Source of the DNA: Gammaproteobacteria bacterium
GTDB lineage: Bacteria > Pseudomonadota > Gammaproteobacteria > Ga0077536
Direction: 5' to 3'
NCBI GenBank assembly: GCA_023257255.1
Contig: JALRCR010000003.1
Location: 8,627-72,626 of the forward strand
Length of the DNA stretch: 64,000 nucleotides
Shown: piece after piece, positions 9,930 to 20,470 of the stretch
Layout of the letters: every line of letters begins with the position of its first letter
Position numbering within the stretch: position 1 is the first letter of the stretch
Translations under genes and position numbers: made by a program
The notes under the pieces: model-generated
The model's database searches: none
Told to the model about the DNA's origin: nothing
What the model saw: the letters and a program-made list of their open reading frames with translations, nothing else

Positions 9930-10904
9930 TTAACGGCGCGCAAGGTGGGCGCGGTGGATGGCCGCCGCCAGTTGGTAGCAAAGCGCCAGCGTGGGCATTT
10001 CGAGGCCAAGTGCCTGCCCTTGTCGCAGCGCGTAGCCAGCAGTTTCGTCAACCTCCAGCGCCCTGCCCCGCTCAACGTCCTGCAGGCTCGACATGCGGTG
10101 CCCGGGCGCCTTCTCGGCAAAGGTGTCGCCCAGTTGCTGCACCACCGCCACGGCGGCTTCTTCATCCCCCGCGGCCACCGACAAAGCCGGTACGGGCGAC
10201 TGATCGCGCAGCGCGATGCCACGCGCCTTGGCCAGCAGCGCCATCTCGCGCGTGATCCGGGCCACCACCCGCGCACTGTCGGGATCGCGGAGGTAGGTCG
10301 CCGTGCCCTGTCGGGTCAACACCGCGAGCAACATCAGCGCCACCCAGCCGACATACTTCGACCAGATCACTTCGGTAATCGCGCCGGTCTCGCGGGTCGT
10401 GATGCCCGCCGCGTCCAGCGTCGCCACCAGTTCGCCGACCCGTGCGGAGTGACCCCCAGCCAGTTCGCCGAGATGCAGGCAGACATTGCGGGTAAAGGCG
10501 ACAGTATCGTCATCGCAAAGTTCACCGCTGAAATCGGCCATCGCGCCGACCACCGCGGCAGGCCCAAAGACCGCCGTGAGCGCGTCCTCTTTCATCACGC
10601 CGTTCTGCACCGAGAACGCGAGCGCGGGCCGCAAATGCGCAAACGGGCGCAAGGCCGCCTCGGTATCGAAAGTCTTCACGGTATTGATGAAAACCGCCGC
10701 CTCGTCGAGGGCGGCCGGATTGGTCACGACCGGACAGGCAATCCGCAAGTCCGATAGCCCACTCAGTCGCAGCCCATGTTCAGCGAGGAAGGCGGCCCGG
10801 GGACCACGCGCCACCACCGTCACGGCGTGTCCCGCAGCCAGCAGGTGGGCGGCGAGAATGCTGCCCAATGCCCCTGCACCCAGAATGACGAATCGTCCAT
10901 TCAT
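9930..10904 (-). CDS. panE: Ketopantoate reductase (PanE/ApbA family)
   Basis: GAGALG Rossmann, VK, QNG, WSK, SSLQD...E motifs. Confidence 0.75.
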   Translation of the reverse strand: MNGRFVILGAGALGSILAAHLLAAGHAVTVVARGPRAAFLAEHGLRLSGLSDLRIACPVVTNPAALDEAAVFINTVKTFDTEAALRPFAHLRPALAFSVQNGVMKEDALTAVFGPAAVVGAMADFSGELCDDDTVAFTRNVCLHLGELAGGHSARVGELVATLDAAGITTRETGAITEVIWSKYVGWVALMLLAVLTRQGTATYLRDPDSARVVARITREMALLAKARGIALRDQSPVPALSVAAGDEEAAVAVVQQLGDTFAEKAPGHRMSSLQDVERGRALEVDETAGYALRQGQALGLEMPTLALCYQLAAAIHRAHLARR

Positions 10905-10906
10905 AA

Positions 10907-11632
10907 CTATTGCGACAAGCCTGTTTCCTGCGCGGCCGACACGGCCGCTTCAAGCAATACCTGACGGAGCGGCGCTTCGAGCGCGGCGGCGGCGGCTCCT
11001 TGCAATTCCACGTTGGCCCGGTCGACGTCGTAAGCCGCCTGCCACTGCTCGGCGGGTAGCGCGAGACTGGCGGTGCCGGGCGAGGTCCCGACCACCGCGC
11101 CATTGCGGGCCTGCACCGCCTCGACCGCCAGCGCAGCATAGGCATGAACCTGCCCGTCGCGGTGCTTGACCAGCCCGTAGCCGACCAGATTTTCGTTGGA
11201 GGTCCCGACGAAATCCCGCACCATCTGACGGTAGACCAGCATCACCAGATCCACCTGCTGCGCGCGGGCAAGCGCGCAAATCGCGTCGCGGATTTTGGCC
11301 GGATTCGGGTAGGCCGCGCTGCTGTCGTAGATTGCTGCCAGATCTGCCGGCTGGTAATCGAGCGACACCACCTTGAAGCCTTTCCCGGCGAGCCGTTTTT
11401 CCAGCGGAGCGGTCAACAGCCGGCGTGCGTCCCACGCCGTCAGGCTGACGGTGGCGCGAGTGCTCAGGTTAGGTTCGCTGGAGATGGCGTGGAGCCGGGG
11501 CGCTACATCCTGCACCACCAGCACCGCCGCGCGCGGATTAAGCTGCCGATGGTCGGCGGTGACCCGCGTGCTGGGAGGCGCGGCACAGGCGCTCAGCAAC
11601 AGGAGAAACGCCGGCAGAAGAGAACGTCGCAT
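10907..11632 (-). CDS. Uncharacterised lipoprotein
   Basis: MRRSLLPAFLLLLSAC lipobox; alpha/beta mature domain; 2 nt from the panE-like start. Confidence 0.75.
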   Translation of the reverse strand: MRRSLLPAFLLLLSACAAPPSTRVTADHRQLNPRAAVLVVQDVAPRLHAISSEPNLSTRATVSLTAWDARRLLTAPLEKRLAGKGFKVVSLDYQPADLAAIYDSSAAYPNPAKIRDAICALARAQQVDLVMLVYRQMVRDFVGTSNENLVGYGLVKHRDGQVHAYAALAVEAVQARNGAVVGTSPGTASLALPAEQWQAAYDVDRANVELQGAAAAALEAPLRQVLLEAAVSAAQETGLSQ

Positions 11633-11727
11633 AACGAGTGAGTGGTCTGCGTGAGGCCTGACCGCACTATACTCGACCTCGTTGACGTGTTGATAAACTG
11701 ACAACGCCTCAGGAAGGAATAACGGGT

Positions 11728-13818
11728 ATGGGAATCGCTCCCGACTTACACCACAGCGCCTGCCCGCATGATTGCCCGTCCACCTGTTCGCTGGTGGTCG
11801 AGCGCCTTGACGACAACCGCATCGGCAAAGTGCGCGGCGCCGAAGACAACAGCTACACCGCCGGGGTCATCTGCAGCAAGGTCGCCCGCTACGCCGAGCG
11901 CATCCATCACCCCGATCGACTCCTCTACCCGCTCATTCGCCGTGGACCGCGGGGCAGCGGGCAGTTCGAGCGCATCAGTTGGGATGAGGCACTCGACCAT
12001 GTCGCGCAGCGCCTGCTGACGGCGGAGCAACGCTACGGACCCGAAACTGTCTGGCCTTATTTCTACGCCGGCACCATGGGGCTGGTGATGCGCGATGGCA
12101 TCAACCGCCTGCGGCATGCCAAACGCTATTCCGGTCAGTACTCCACGATTTGCACCACCCTTGCCTGGACCGGCTGGATGGCCGGCGCCGGACGCATGTC
12201 GGGCAGCGACCCGCGCGAGATGGCCGACAGCGACTGCGTGGTGATCTGGGGCACCAACGCCGCCACCACCCAGGTCAATGTCATGACCCATGCCCTGCGC
12301 GCGCGCCGCGAGCGTGGCGCCAAACTGGTTGTGGTCGACACCTACCGCAACGCGACCGCCGAGCAGGCCGATCTCTTCCTGAACGTCAAACCGGGCACCG
12401 ATGCGGCACTGGCCTGCGGCGTGATGCATGTGCTGTTTCGCGAGCATCTGGTTGACCGGGACTATCTCGCCCGCTTTGCGCGCGGCACCGCGGCGCTGGA
12501 AGCGCATATCGCCTCACGCACGCCGGCCTGGGCGAGTGCAATTTGCGGCGTGCCGGAAGCGGACATCGAAACCTTCGCCCGCTGGGTCGGGACGCAGCCA
12601 CGCAGTTTTTTCCGGCTGGGCTATGGCTTTGCGCGGCAGCGAAACGGCGCGGTCAGCATGCACGCTGCCTCGTGCATTCCGGTGCTGACCGGCGCGTGGC
12701 AACACCGCGGCGGCGGTGCGTTTCACAACAACGGCGCGATTTTTCACTGGGATCGCACGCTGATCGACGGTCTCGATGTACGCGACCCCGGCGTGCGCAT
12801 GCTGGACCAGTCCCGGATCGGCCCGGTGCTGACGGGTGACCCGCGCGACCTCGGCGATGGCCCACCGGTCACGGCGCTTTTCATCCAGAACACTAACCCG
12901 ATGGCGGTGGCGCCGGATCTCAATCTGGTGCACCAGGGCTTCGCGCGGGAGGACCTGTTCATCTGTGTGCACGAACAGTTCATGACCGAAACTGCCGCAG
13001 TGGCAGATATCGTCCTACCGGCCACCATGTTTCTGGAACATGACGACCTCTATCAGGCCGGCGGGCAGCAGCATATCCAGTTCGGACCACGCATCATCTC
13101 GCCGCCCGGCGAATGCAGAAGCAATCACGAAGTCATTTGCGCGCTGGCCCAGCGGGTGGGCGCGACGCACCGCGGGTTCCAGATGTCGGCCCGCGAAATT
13201 GTGGAATGGACGCTGGAAGCCTCCGGCTGGGGCAAACTGTCCGCGCTTGAGCAGCAGCACTGGATCGACGCCCAGCCCGCCTTCGAAACCGCGCACTTTT
13301 TGCACGGCTTTGGTCATGCCGACGGGCGCTTCCATTTCGACCCGGACTGGTCTTCGCTAGGTCCTGCCCGCTTTGGCCCGGGTCTGGCGCCGCCGTCACT
13401 GCCCGACTACTGGCCGGTGATTGAGGAAGCAACGGCAACGCATCCCTTCCGTCTGGTCACCGCGCCGGCGCGGCATTTTCTGAATTCAAGTTTCACCGAA
13501 GCCCCCACCTCGCGCCGCCGTGAGGGACGCCCCAGCGTGATGGTGCATCCGGCAGACGCCGCGGCGCTTGGCATTGGCGAAGGCGACCTCGTTGCGTTGT
13601 CGAATCCGCGCGGCAGGGTGCGCCTCCACGCCACGCTGTTCGACGGCGTTCAGCGCGGCGTGGTGATTGTGGAAAGCATTTGGCCGAATGCGGCTTTCGA
13701 GGGCGGTATCGGCATCAACGCGCTGACCGGTGCAGATCCCGGCGCGCCGGTCGGCGGCGCCGCCTTCCACGACAGCCGCGTGCATCTTGGTCTGGCCGGC
13801 GCTGCGGCGGCCGCCTGA
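11728..13818 (+). CDS. Molybdopterin (bis-MGD) oxidoreductase, cytoplasmic, MopB_3-like
   Basis: CPHDCPSTC...C Fe-S motif, RISWDEAL, WGTN, STIC, ADIVLPA, C-terminal HPADA MGD-binding domain; no Tat signal. Confidence 0.88.
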   Translation: MGIAPDLHHSACPHDCPSTCSLVVERLDDNRIGKVRGAEDNSYTAGVICSKVARYAERIHHPDRLLYPLIRRGPRGSGQFERISWDEALDHVAQRLLTAEQRYGPETVWPYFYAGTMGLVMRDGINRLRHAKRYSGQYSTICTTLAWTGWMAGAGRMSGSDPREMADSDCVVIWGTNAATTQVNVMTHALRARRERGAKLVVVDTYRNATAEQADLFLNVKPGTDAALACGVMHVLFREHLVDRDYLARFARGTAALEAHIASRTPAWASAICGVPEADIETFARWVGTQPRSFFRLGYGFARQRNGAVSMHAASCIPVLTGAWQHRGGGAFHNNGAIFHWDRTLIDGLDVRDPGVRMLDQSRIGPVLTGDPRDLGDGPPVTALFIQNTNPMAVAPDLNLVHQGFAREDLFICVHEQFMTETAAVADIVLPATMFLEHDDLYQAGGQQHIQFGPRIISPPGECRSNHEVICALAQRVGATHRGFQMSAREIVEWTLEASGWGKLSALEQQHWIDAQPAFETAHFLHGFGHADGRFHFDPDWSSLGPARFGPGLAPPSLPDYWPVIEEATATHPFRLVTAPARHFLNSSFTEAPTSRRREGRPSVMVHPADAAALGIGEGDLVALSNPRGRVRLHATLFDGVQRGVVIVESIWPNAAFEGGIGINALTGADPGAPVGGAAFHDSRVHLGLAGAAAAA

Positions 13819-13848
13819 CCCCTCACCGACACGACAAAGCGACACCCC

Positions 13849-14988
13849 ATGCAGAAAGCCGAACAACTGGCACTCGCTGACCGCCTGCTCGACTACATCG
13901 ACCGGCAAACCCTGCAACTTGGCGAGTCGGTGTATCGCCAGCCGGTCAGTGAGTACACGTCGCCCGCACAGGCGTTGCGCGAGCAGCAGCTGTTCCGCCA
14001 GCGCCCGCTGTGCGTAGGCATGAGCGGCGACCTGCCGGCCCCGGGTCACTATCTGACCCACGACGCCAGCGGCCTGCCCTTGCTCTTGACGCGCCATACC
14101 GATGGCCGCTTCCGGGCCTTCCTTAACGTGTGTCGGCATCGCGGCGCGCGGGTGGCGGAAGCGGCCGGCGAGGGTCGCGGCTTTGTTTGCCCCTACCATG
14201 CCTGGCGCTACGGGCTGGACGGCCGGCTCGTCAGTCGGCCAGAGGAGCAGGCCTTTCCCGACTGCTCGCGCGAGGAACACAGCCTCACGGCGCTAGCCGC
14301 CGACGAGCGCCACGGCCTGCTGTGGGTCAACCCGACGCCCGGCGCGCCGCTCGACTTCGCGCCCGAATTTGCCGCGCTGGAAGCGGAGTTCGCGCACTAC
14401 GCGCTCGACAGCTTCACCCCCTTCGCGACCCGCGAGCTGCGTCGGCAGATGAACTGGAAGCTGGCGCTGGACACGTTCCTCGAGTCCTACCACTTCTGCG
14501 TCCTGCATAAAGATTCCATCTGCGCCATCTTTCATCACAACCTCGCCACCTTTGATACCTACGGCGAGCACTTCCGGCTGGTCTCGCCACGGCGGAGCAT
14601 TAGCAGCCTGCGCGAGCAGCCGCGGGAGCAATGGAATCTGCTGCCGCATCTGGTGGTGATTTACGTCTTGTTCCCCAACACCGTGCTGGTATGGCAAGGC
14701 GCGCAGGTCGAAATCTGGCAAATTTTCCCCGACGGCGACGACCCCGCCCGCTCGGTGCTGCGCCTGACGCTCTACGCGCCAAATCCGCCCGACAGCGACA
14801 AAGCGCGTGCCCACTGGCAGCGCAATCTGGATCTGGTCCTGCATGTGGTCGAAAACGAAGATTTCCCGGTCGGCGAGGGCATACAGCGCAGTTTTAGCTC
14901 TGGCGCCCAGTCCCATATCGTGTTCGGCCAGAACGAGGCGGCGCTCGCGCATTTCCATGCCGCCATCACCCGCGCGACCGCCGCCTAG
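13849..14988 (+). CDS. Rieske non-heme iron oxygenase alpha subunit
   Basis: CRH...CPYHAW Rieske ligands; NWK...ESYHFCVLH...ED mononuclear iron site; LFPN. Confidence 0.9.
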   Translation: MQKAEQLALADRLLDYIDRQTLQLGESVYRQPVSEYTSPAQALREQQLFRQRPLCVGMSGDLPAPGHYLTHDASGLPLLLTRHTDGRFRAFLNVCRHRGARVAEAAGEGRGFVCPYHAWRYGLDGRLVSRPEEQAFPDCSREEHSLTALAADERHGLLWVNPTPGAPLDFAPEFAALEAEFAHYALDSFTPFATRELRRQMNWKLALDTFLESYHFCVLHKDSICAIFHHNLATFDTYGEHFRLVSPRRSISSLREQPREQWNLLPHLVVIYVLFPNTVLVWQGAQVEIWQIFPDGDDPARSVLRLTLYAPNPPDSDKARAHWQRNLDLVLHVVENEDFPVGEGIQRSFSSGAQSHIVFGQNEAALAHFHAAITRATAA

Positions 14989-15015
14989 ATGAAGAACGCG
15001 CCCACGCCGGGGGGC

Positions 15016-15042
15016 GCAAGTTTTGGCGGCCCTCGCCGCTAC
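15016..15042 (+). promoter_or_regulatory. Possible sigma-28 (FliA)-like promoter
   Basis: GCAAG-N14-GCCGCTAC; correct spacing but mismatches in both boxes. Confidence 0.3.
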
Positions 15043-15076
15043 CGGCAGAAGATGCCCTAACGCCTGTCCTGAATCG

Positions 15077-17194
15077 ATGAGCGCCCCTGACAATATCCTC
15101 GTGCTGGTAATCGACGACGACCCCATGGTCCGTTTTCTGACGGACGAGGCGTTGACGCCGCATGGGTTCAGGGTCGTCGAGGCCGAGACCGGCGATGCAG
15201 GCCTGCGCCTGCTTGAGGAATTGCGCCCGGACATCGTCCTGCTTGATGTGATGATGCCCGGCATCGACGGCTTCACCACCTGCTCGCGCCTGCGCGCCTT
15301 GCCGCAGGGGCGGCACACCCCCGTGCTCATGATGACCGGTCTGGAAGACGCCGAGTCGATTCGCCATGCCTACCAGGTCGGCGCCACCGACTTCATCACC
15401 AAGCCAATTAACTTTGGCCTGCTTGAGTTCCGCCTGGACTACATGCTTCGCGCCAAAATCACTGCCGACGAATTGCGGCAAAGCGAAGACCTGTTGGCGA
15501 GCGCCCAACGGCTGGCCCGGCTGGGTCATTTTGTGCTGGAACAGAACTGCCGGTTCAGCGTCTGGAACAGCCAGACGCAGACCGTGCTGGGGCTAGACAA
15601 CGAAGCTCCTCCCGAAACCCTCGACGGTCTGGTGCAACGGGTGCACCCGGACGACCAAGCTCGCCTCGCGAAGGCACTGACGCCGCCCGCGGTCGCCACC
15701 GAGATGCCGCCGGTTGAATACCGGGTCATCCAGGCCGACGGTTCGAGCCGCACGATTCTCCAGCAGGGCCGGGCGGACGTCGCCGAGAACGGCATCCACA
15801 TCACCGGCACCGTGCAGGACATTACCGCCCAACGACGCGCCGAACGCACCATTCACCAGCTGGCCTACTACGATCAAATCACCGGGCTGCCCAACCGCAT
15901 CCAGATCGAACAGCGACTGGCCGACCTGCTGCGCGATGCAGAATCCACCGCGCAGGGCCTGTCCGTACTCGCCATTGACCTTGACCACTTCCAGCGGGTG
16001 AACGACAACCTGGGCCACGACATTGGCAACGAGTTGCTGAAAGCGGTGTCGCGACGCCTCATTCAGTGCCTGCGTCAGGGCCTGGGTAATCCCGGTGCGC
16101 GCCCGGCGGAACTGGTCGCACGCAGTGGCGGAGACGAGTTCTGCATCCTGCTGCCGGGCCTCGATTCGCACGAGCAGGCGCGCGGCATGGCCGAGCGGAT
16201 CCACCAGATATTCCGCCGCCCTTTCACGGTGGGCAACGAAGAACTGGTGCTAACCACCAGCATCGGCGTGACGGTCTTCCCGCAGGACGGACGCGAATCG
16301 GAAATCCTGCTGCGACATGCCGAAATGGCGCTGGCGAACGCGAAACGGCGTGGCAGGGACTGCACCGAGTCTTTCCATAGCGGCCTGAATGAGCGCTCTC
16401 AGGGCCGCATGACGGTGGAAACCAATTTGCGTCAGGCGCTCGGCACCAGCCAGCTCGCCTTGCACTACCAGCCTAAAATTGACTGCACCACGGGCGCAGT
16501 GACCGGCATGGAAGCCTTAATCCGCTGGCGCCACCCGACGATTGGCCCGATTTCACCAGCCGAATTTATTCCGGTCGCCGAGGAATCAGGCCTCATCCTC
16601 CCGCTTGGCGAATGGATTCTGGCCGAAGCCTGCCGGCAAACCGCGGCCTGGGCCCGGGCGGGCTTAACCGGCCTGACTTGCGCGGTAAACCTGTCCGCCC
16701 TGCAGTTGCGGCAGAACGATTTTCCCGTGCTGCTTCGTCGCGTGTTGAACGAAAGCGGGCTGGCGCCTTCGGCGCTGCAGCTCGAGCTGACCGAAAGCGT
16801 GGTGATGGATAACAGCGACCACATCGGCATTCTCGATGAATTGAAAATGCTGGGCGTGAGCCTCGCGATCGACGACTTTGGCACCGGCTATTCGTCGCTC
16901 AGCTATCTGACTCGCCTACCGGTGGATGTCCTGAAAATTGACCAGTCTTTCGTCCGCGGCCTGGGCACCAACGAACAGGGCAGCGCCATTGTCGCCGCCG
17001 TCATCGCGATGGGGCACAGCCTGGGATTAAAAATCGTGGCGGAGGGCGTGGAGACGGCCCACCATCTGGCGGTGCTGAAGCAACACCATTGCGACGAACT
17101 ACAGGGTTGGTTGTTCAGCAAGGCGCTGCCGGCGGCCGAGTTTGAAACCTGGGTTCTCCAGCATTGTTCCCCACCCGTAGATGGAGCCCCGTAG
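15077..17194 (+). CDS. REC-PAS-GGDEF-EAL c-di-GMP enzyme (response regulator)
   Basis: IDDD/LLDVMMP/KP receiver, [30 protein letters not shown]; start MSAPDN at 15077. Confidence 0.92.
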   Translation: MSAPDNILVLVIDDDPMVRFLTDEALTPHGFRVVEAETGDAGLRLLEELRPDIVLLDVMMPGIDGFTTCSRLRALPQGRHTPVLMMTGLEDAESIRHAYQVGATDFITKPINFGLLEFRLDYMLRAKITADELRQSEDLLASAQRLARLGHFVLEQNCRFSVWNSQTQTVLGLDNEAPPETLDGLVQRVHPDDQARLAKALTPPAVATEMPPVEYRVIQADGSSRTILQQGRADVAENGIHITGTVQDITAQRRAERTIHQLAYYDQITGLPNRIQIEQRLADLLRDAESTAQGLSVLAIDLDHFQRVNDNLGHDIGNELLKAVSRRLIQCLRQGLGNPGARPAELVARSGGDEFCILLPGLDSHEQARGMAERIHQIFRRPFTVGNEELVLTTSIGVTVFPQDGRESEILLRHAEMALANAKRRGRDCTESFHSGLNERSQGRMTVETNLRQALGTSQLALHYQPKIDCTTGAVTGMEALIRWRHPTIGPISPAEFIPVAEESGLILPLGEWILAEACRQTAAWARAGLTGLTCAVNLSALQLRQNDFPVLLRRVLNESGLAPSALQLELTESVVMDNSDHIGILDELKMLGVSLAIDDFGTGYSSLSYLTRLPVDVLKIDQSFVRGLGTNEQGSAIVAAVIAMGHSLGLKIVAEGVETAHHLAVLKQHHCDELQGWLFSKALPAAEFETWVLQHCSPPVDGAP

Positions 17195-17198
17195 ATCC

Positions 17199-20024
17199 AT
17201 GAGTGAACGCATCCGCAGCGACTGGCTAGGGCCGACGATTCCAGAAGGGCTGGAAGACTGGAACGACAATCTGGTCGCCGAGTGGCGGCTGGCGGTCGCC
17301 GAGAAAGCCTACGACAACGCCGGGCTGGCGGGACTCGCCAATATCGCCGCCGCGCTCTTGCTGGTGGCGGGCCTGCGTAACACCCTGCCGCTAGCCGCCC
17401 TCGGTGGCTGGTTCGCGCTGATCATCGTCATCACCCTGACCTGGGGTCGCCTGATTAGTCAGTGGCGCAAGGCGCCCAATACCGCAGCGGTTTTTTTCCG
17501 ATACTGCCGCGCGTTTACCGTATATTTTCTGGTTTGCGGCGCCCTGTGGGGGGTGACTGCGGGCGCCTTGCCTTTCATCTCCGAAACCAGCGGCCTGCAG
17601 ATTTTTCTGTCCTTCGCACTGCTGGGCGTCAGTTCGGGCGGCGTCGCGCTGTACACCCTGGCCAGCGCGCCAACCCGGTTTTTCCTGATGTTGGCGGTGC
17701 TGCCAATGGCGGTCATGGCCGGGGTTTTTATTCCCGACGTGGGACCGCTGCTGGCGGCAGGGCTGATCGCGCATCTGGCCTACACCATGCAGGTTGCGTC
17801 CAAGATGCATCACACCAACGTCACGTCGCTGGCCCACCGGTTTGCCAATGCGCAGCTGGCGGCCGAGATCCTCGAAGCCAAGCGGCAGGCCGAGTTGCTT
17901 AACTCACGGCTGGCAGAACAGCTGGCCGTGCAGAAAGACGTCGAGAAAAATCTGGTCGCGGCCCGCGATCAGGCCGAGCTCGCAGCGCACTCCAAATCCG
18001 AATTTCTGGCCAATATGAGCCACGAAATCCGCACCCCCATGAACGGCGTGCTCGGCATGACGGAGTTGATGCTGGGCACGGATCTCAATCGCAAGCAGCG
18101 GCACTTTGCCCGCACCATTCACCGCTCGGCCGAAGCGTTGCTGGGCATCATCAACGACATTCTCGATTTTTCGAAAATTGAAGCCGGCAAACTGAGCTTG
18201 CAGTCGCTGCCGTTCGACCTGCAGCAGCTGATGGAAGACATCGGGGTGATGTTTGCCGAGCGCGCGCATCGGGCCAAGCTTGAGTTGCAGGTCGTCTTTC
18301 CGCCGACGGCACACGCGATCTACCGCGGCGACCCCGACCGACTGCGCCAGATTTTGACCAATCTGGTGGGCAACGCGGTGAAGTTTACCGAGCGCGGCGA
18401 CGTCACCCTGCGCCTGAAAGTGGACCCGCCGGTCGACGAAGTCAGCATGCTGCACTTCGAGGTGAAAGATACGGGCGTGGGCATTCGTGCGGAGCACATT
18501 GACGAGATTTTCGATTCCTTCGCCCAGGCCGACAGTTCGACCACCAAAAAATTTGGCGGCACGGGTCTCGGCCTTGCCATTTGTAAGCGCCTGACCGCCC
18601 TGATGGGCGGTCAGATCGGGGTGAACAGCCAGTTCGGCCGAGGCAGCACCTTCTGGTTTACCTGTCCCTTGCCGCTGGCCGAGCCGTCGGTACTCGGGCG
18701 TCGGCGCTCGGTGCGTCCGCCGCTGACCAACCGGCGCATCCTGATTGCCGACCAGCACGTCGAAAGCCGTGAGGCCTTGGTCGCCCAGTTGGAAAACTGG
18801 CAGGCGAAAGTGGTGGCGGTCACCGCTGGCGACGCGGCCGAGGCCTATCTGGAGCGCGCCGCCAAAGCCGGCCAGCCGGTGGAACTCTTGCTGTTTGACC
18901 GCAAGATCGCCGAGGACCCGCTGGAGTTCTCGCTGTCCATTCGCCGCAATCCACGCATTACGCGGCCGCATATCATCGTGCTGGGACAGGTCGACAGCCT
19001 TGCCGAAACCGGCCAATGGTTTGATGCCGGCATCTCGAGCTATCTCAGCAAGCCGGTGCGGCAGTCCGAACTCTACGACGCCATCGCCGACGCGCTGGAC
19101 ATGACACGGCCGCTGAGCCCGCTGGCGCAGGAAACGGCCGAGGCGAAAAACAACACCGAATTGCCCCGCTTCAACGCCCGCGTGCTGGTGGTAGAAGACA
19201 ACGCGGTCAATCAGGAACTGGTGCGGCTGCTGCTGGAAAATCTGGGCGTCCGGGTCACGCTGGCGGGCAACGGGCAGGAAGCTATCGACACCTTCACGGG
19301 TACACCGCTGGACGAACTCTACGACCCTTTCGACGCCATCCTGATGGATATCCAGATGCCCATCGTCGACGGCTTCGCCGCGACTGCGGCGATTCGGGCC
19401 TACGAAAGCGAGTTCGTGCTGACCAAGCGCATTCCCATCATTGCGCTGACTGCGAATGCACTGGAAGGTGACCGCGAACGCTGTCTGGATGCCCAGATGG
19501 ACGATTACCTCGCCAAGCCGTTCTCGCAGCGACAACTCGCCACCACGCTCTCGAACTGGCTGGCGCCGGTTAAAACGGGCGAGACGCAGGAAGTGCCCTA
19601 CCTGCCCTCGCTGGACCAGACCCAGGAGTTACCCGTTCCGCCGGCGCAAATGAGCCCGCTTGATCAGGCCGCGCTGGCCAGAATCTCGGCCCTCCAGCGA
19701 CCAGACAAACCCTCGGTGCTGGGGCGGGTGATCGATCTCTACCTGAACGCCGCGCCCACGCTGGTCGCGCAGATCCGCGACGCGGTAGAAAGTTGGAACC
19801 CGGGGCAGTTGGAACACGCCGCGCACAGTCTTAAATCGAGCAGTGCCAATCTGGGCGCCCAGGAAGTGGTTGAACTGTGCCGTGAACTGGAATTAATGGG
19901 TCGCGAGCAACGCGTGGAAAACGCGAAGCCGACGTTTCAGGCCTTGCAAATGGCGTTTATCGCCGCGGCCGCGGCGCTGGACGCCGAACGGGCGAAGCTG
20001 CTGCCGCCGGTTGCCAGCGCTTAA
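17199..20024 (+). CDS. Hybrid sensor histidine kinase (multi-TM, HisKA, HATPase, 2xREC, HPt)
   Basis: [35 protein letters not shown], two receivers, AAHSLKSSS HPt; alternative start 17181. Confidence 0.92.
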   Translation: MSERIRSDWLGPTIPEGLEDWNDNLVAEWRLAVAEKAYDNAGLAGLANIAAALLLVAGLRNTLPLAALGGWFALIIVITLTWGRLISQWRKAPNTAAVFFRYCRAFTVYFLVCGALWGVTAGALPFISETSGLQIFLSFALLGVSSGGVALYTLASAPTRFFLMLAVLPMAVMAGVFIPDVGPLLAAGLIAHLAYTMQVASKMHHTNVTSLAHRFANAQLAAEILEAKRQAELLNSRLAEQLAVQKDVEKNLVAARDQAELAAHSKSEFLANMSHEIRTPMNGVLGMTELMLGTDLNRKQRHFARTIHRSAEALLGIINDILDFSKIEAGKLSLQSLPFDLQQLMEDIGVMFAERAHRAKLELQVVFPPTAHAIYRGDPDRLRQILTNLVGNAVKFTERGDVTLRLKVDPPVDEVSMLHFEVKDTGVGIRAEHIDEIFDSFAQADSSTTKKFGGTGLGLAICKRLTALMGGQIGVNSQFGRGSTFWFTCPLPLAEPSVLGRRRSVRPPLTNRRILIADQHVESREALVAQLENWQAKVVAVTAGDAAEAYLERAAKAGQPVELLLFDRKIAEDPLEFSLSIRRNPRITRPHIIVLGQVDSLAETGQWFDAGISSYLSKPVRQSELYDAIADALDMTRPLSPLAQETAEAKNNTELPRFNARVLVVEDNAVNQELVRLLLENLGVRVTLAGNGQEAIDTFTGTPLDELYDPFDAILMDIQMPIVDGFAATAAIRAYESEFVLTKRIPIIALTANALEGDRERCLDAQMDDYLAKPFSQRQLATTLSNWLAPVKTGETQEVPYLPSLDQTQELPVPPAQMSPLDQAALARISALQRPDKPSVLGRVIDLYLNAAPTLVAQIRDAVESWNPGQLEHAAHSLKSSSANLGAQEVVELCRELELMGREQRVENAKPTFQALQMAFIAAAAALDAERAKLLPPVASA

Positions 20025-20470
20025 GTCCGGATAAACGCCGCCACCGCCGGGTCGGCGCAAAGCTCGCCCATGGATTCGGCGTCGGGCAACTGGGGCCGGT
20101 CGCGCACGGCGTTGACCATGCACAGAAAACCCAGCGGCTCGTCGGTATCGGCCCGAAACTGATGCCAGGCCAGCGCCGGGACTTCCACCAAATCGTGCAG
20201 TTCAACGGCAAAGACCTGCCCGCCGACCAGCGCCCGCCCTCGCCCTTTCAGGACCATCACGGCGTGCACGTGCTCGTGTCGCTCCAGCGTGCTGTGGCCG
20301 CCGGGCGCGACTTCGAAATACCGCAACTGACAGCCTAAGGCCGCGTGCTCGAACAGCACCTGCCGCGTGACGTCGCGAAACGGCGCCGCGCCGTCCTGTT
20401 TGTAGGCCAGCACCGGCACCTCGTCCCATAAGCCTGCGGCACGCTGCCGCCGATGAATGTGCTCGCTCAT
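20021..20470 (-). CDS. Cupin, probable methylthio-xylulose-5-phosphate methylsulfurylase
   Basis: [21 protein letters not shown]...WHQF cupin metal motifs; ATGA-coupled to the RLP as in the Rhodospirillum rubrum RLP/cupin locus. Confidence 0.8.
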   Translation of the reverse strand: MSEHIHRRQRAAGLWDEVPVLAYKQDGAAPFRDVTRQVLFEHAALGCQLRYFEVAPGGHSTLERHEHVHAVMVLKGRGRALVGGQVFAVELHDLVEVPALAWHQFRADTDEPLGFLCMVNAVRDRPQLPDAESMGELCADPAVAAFIRT

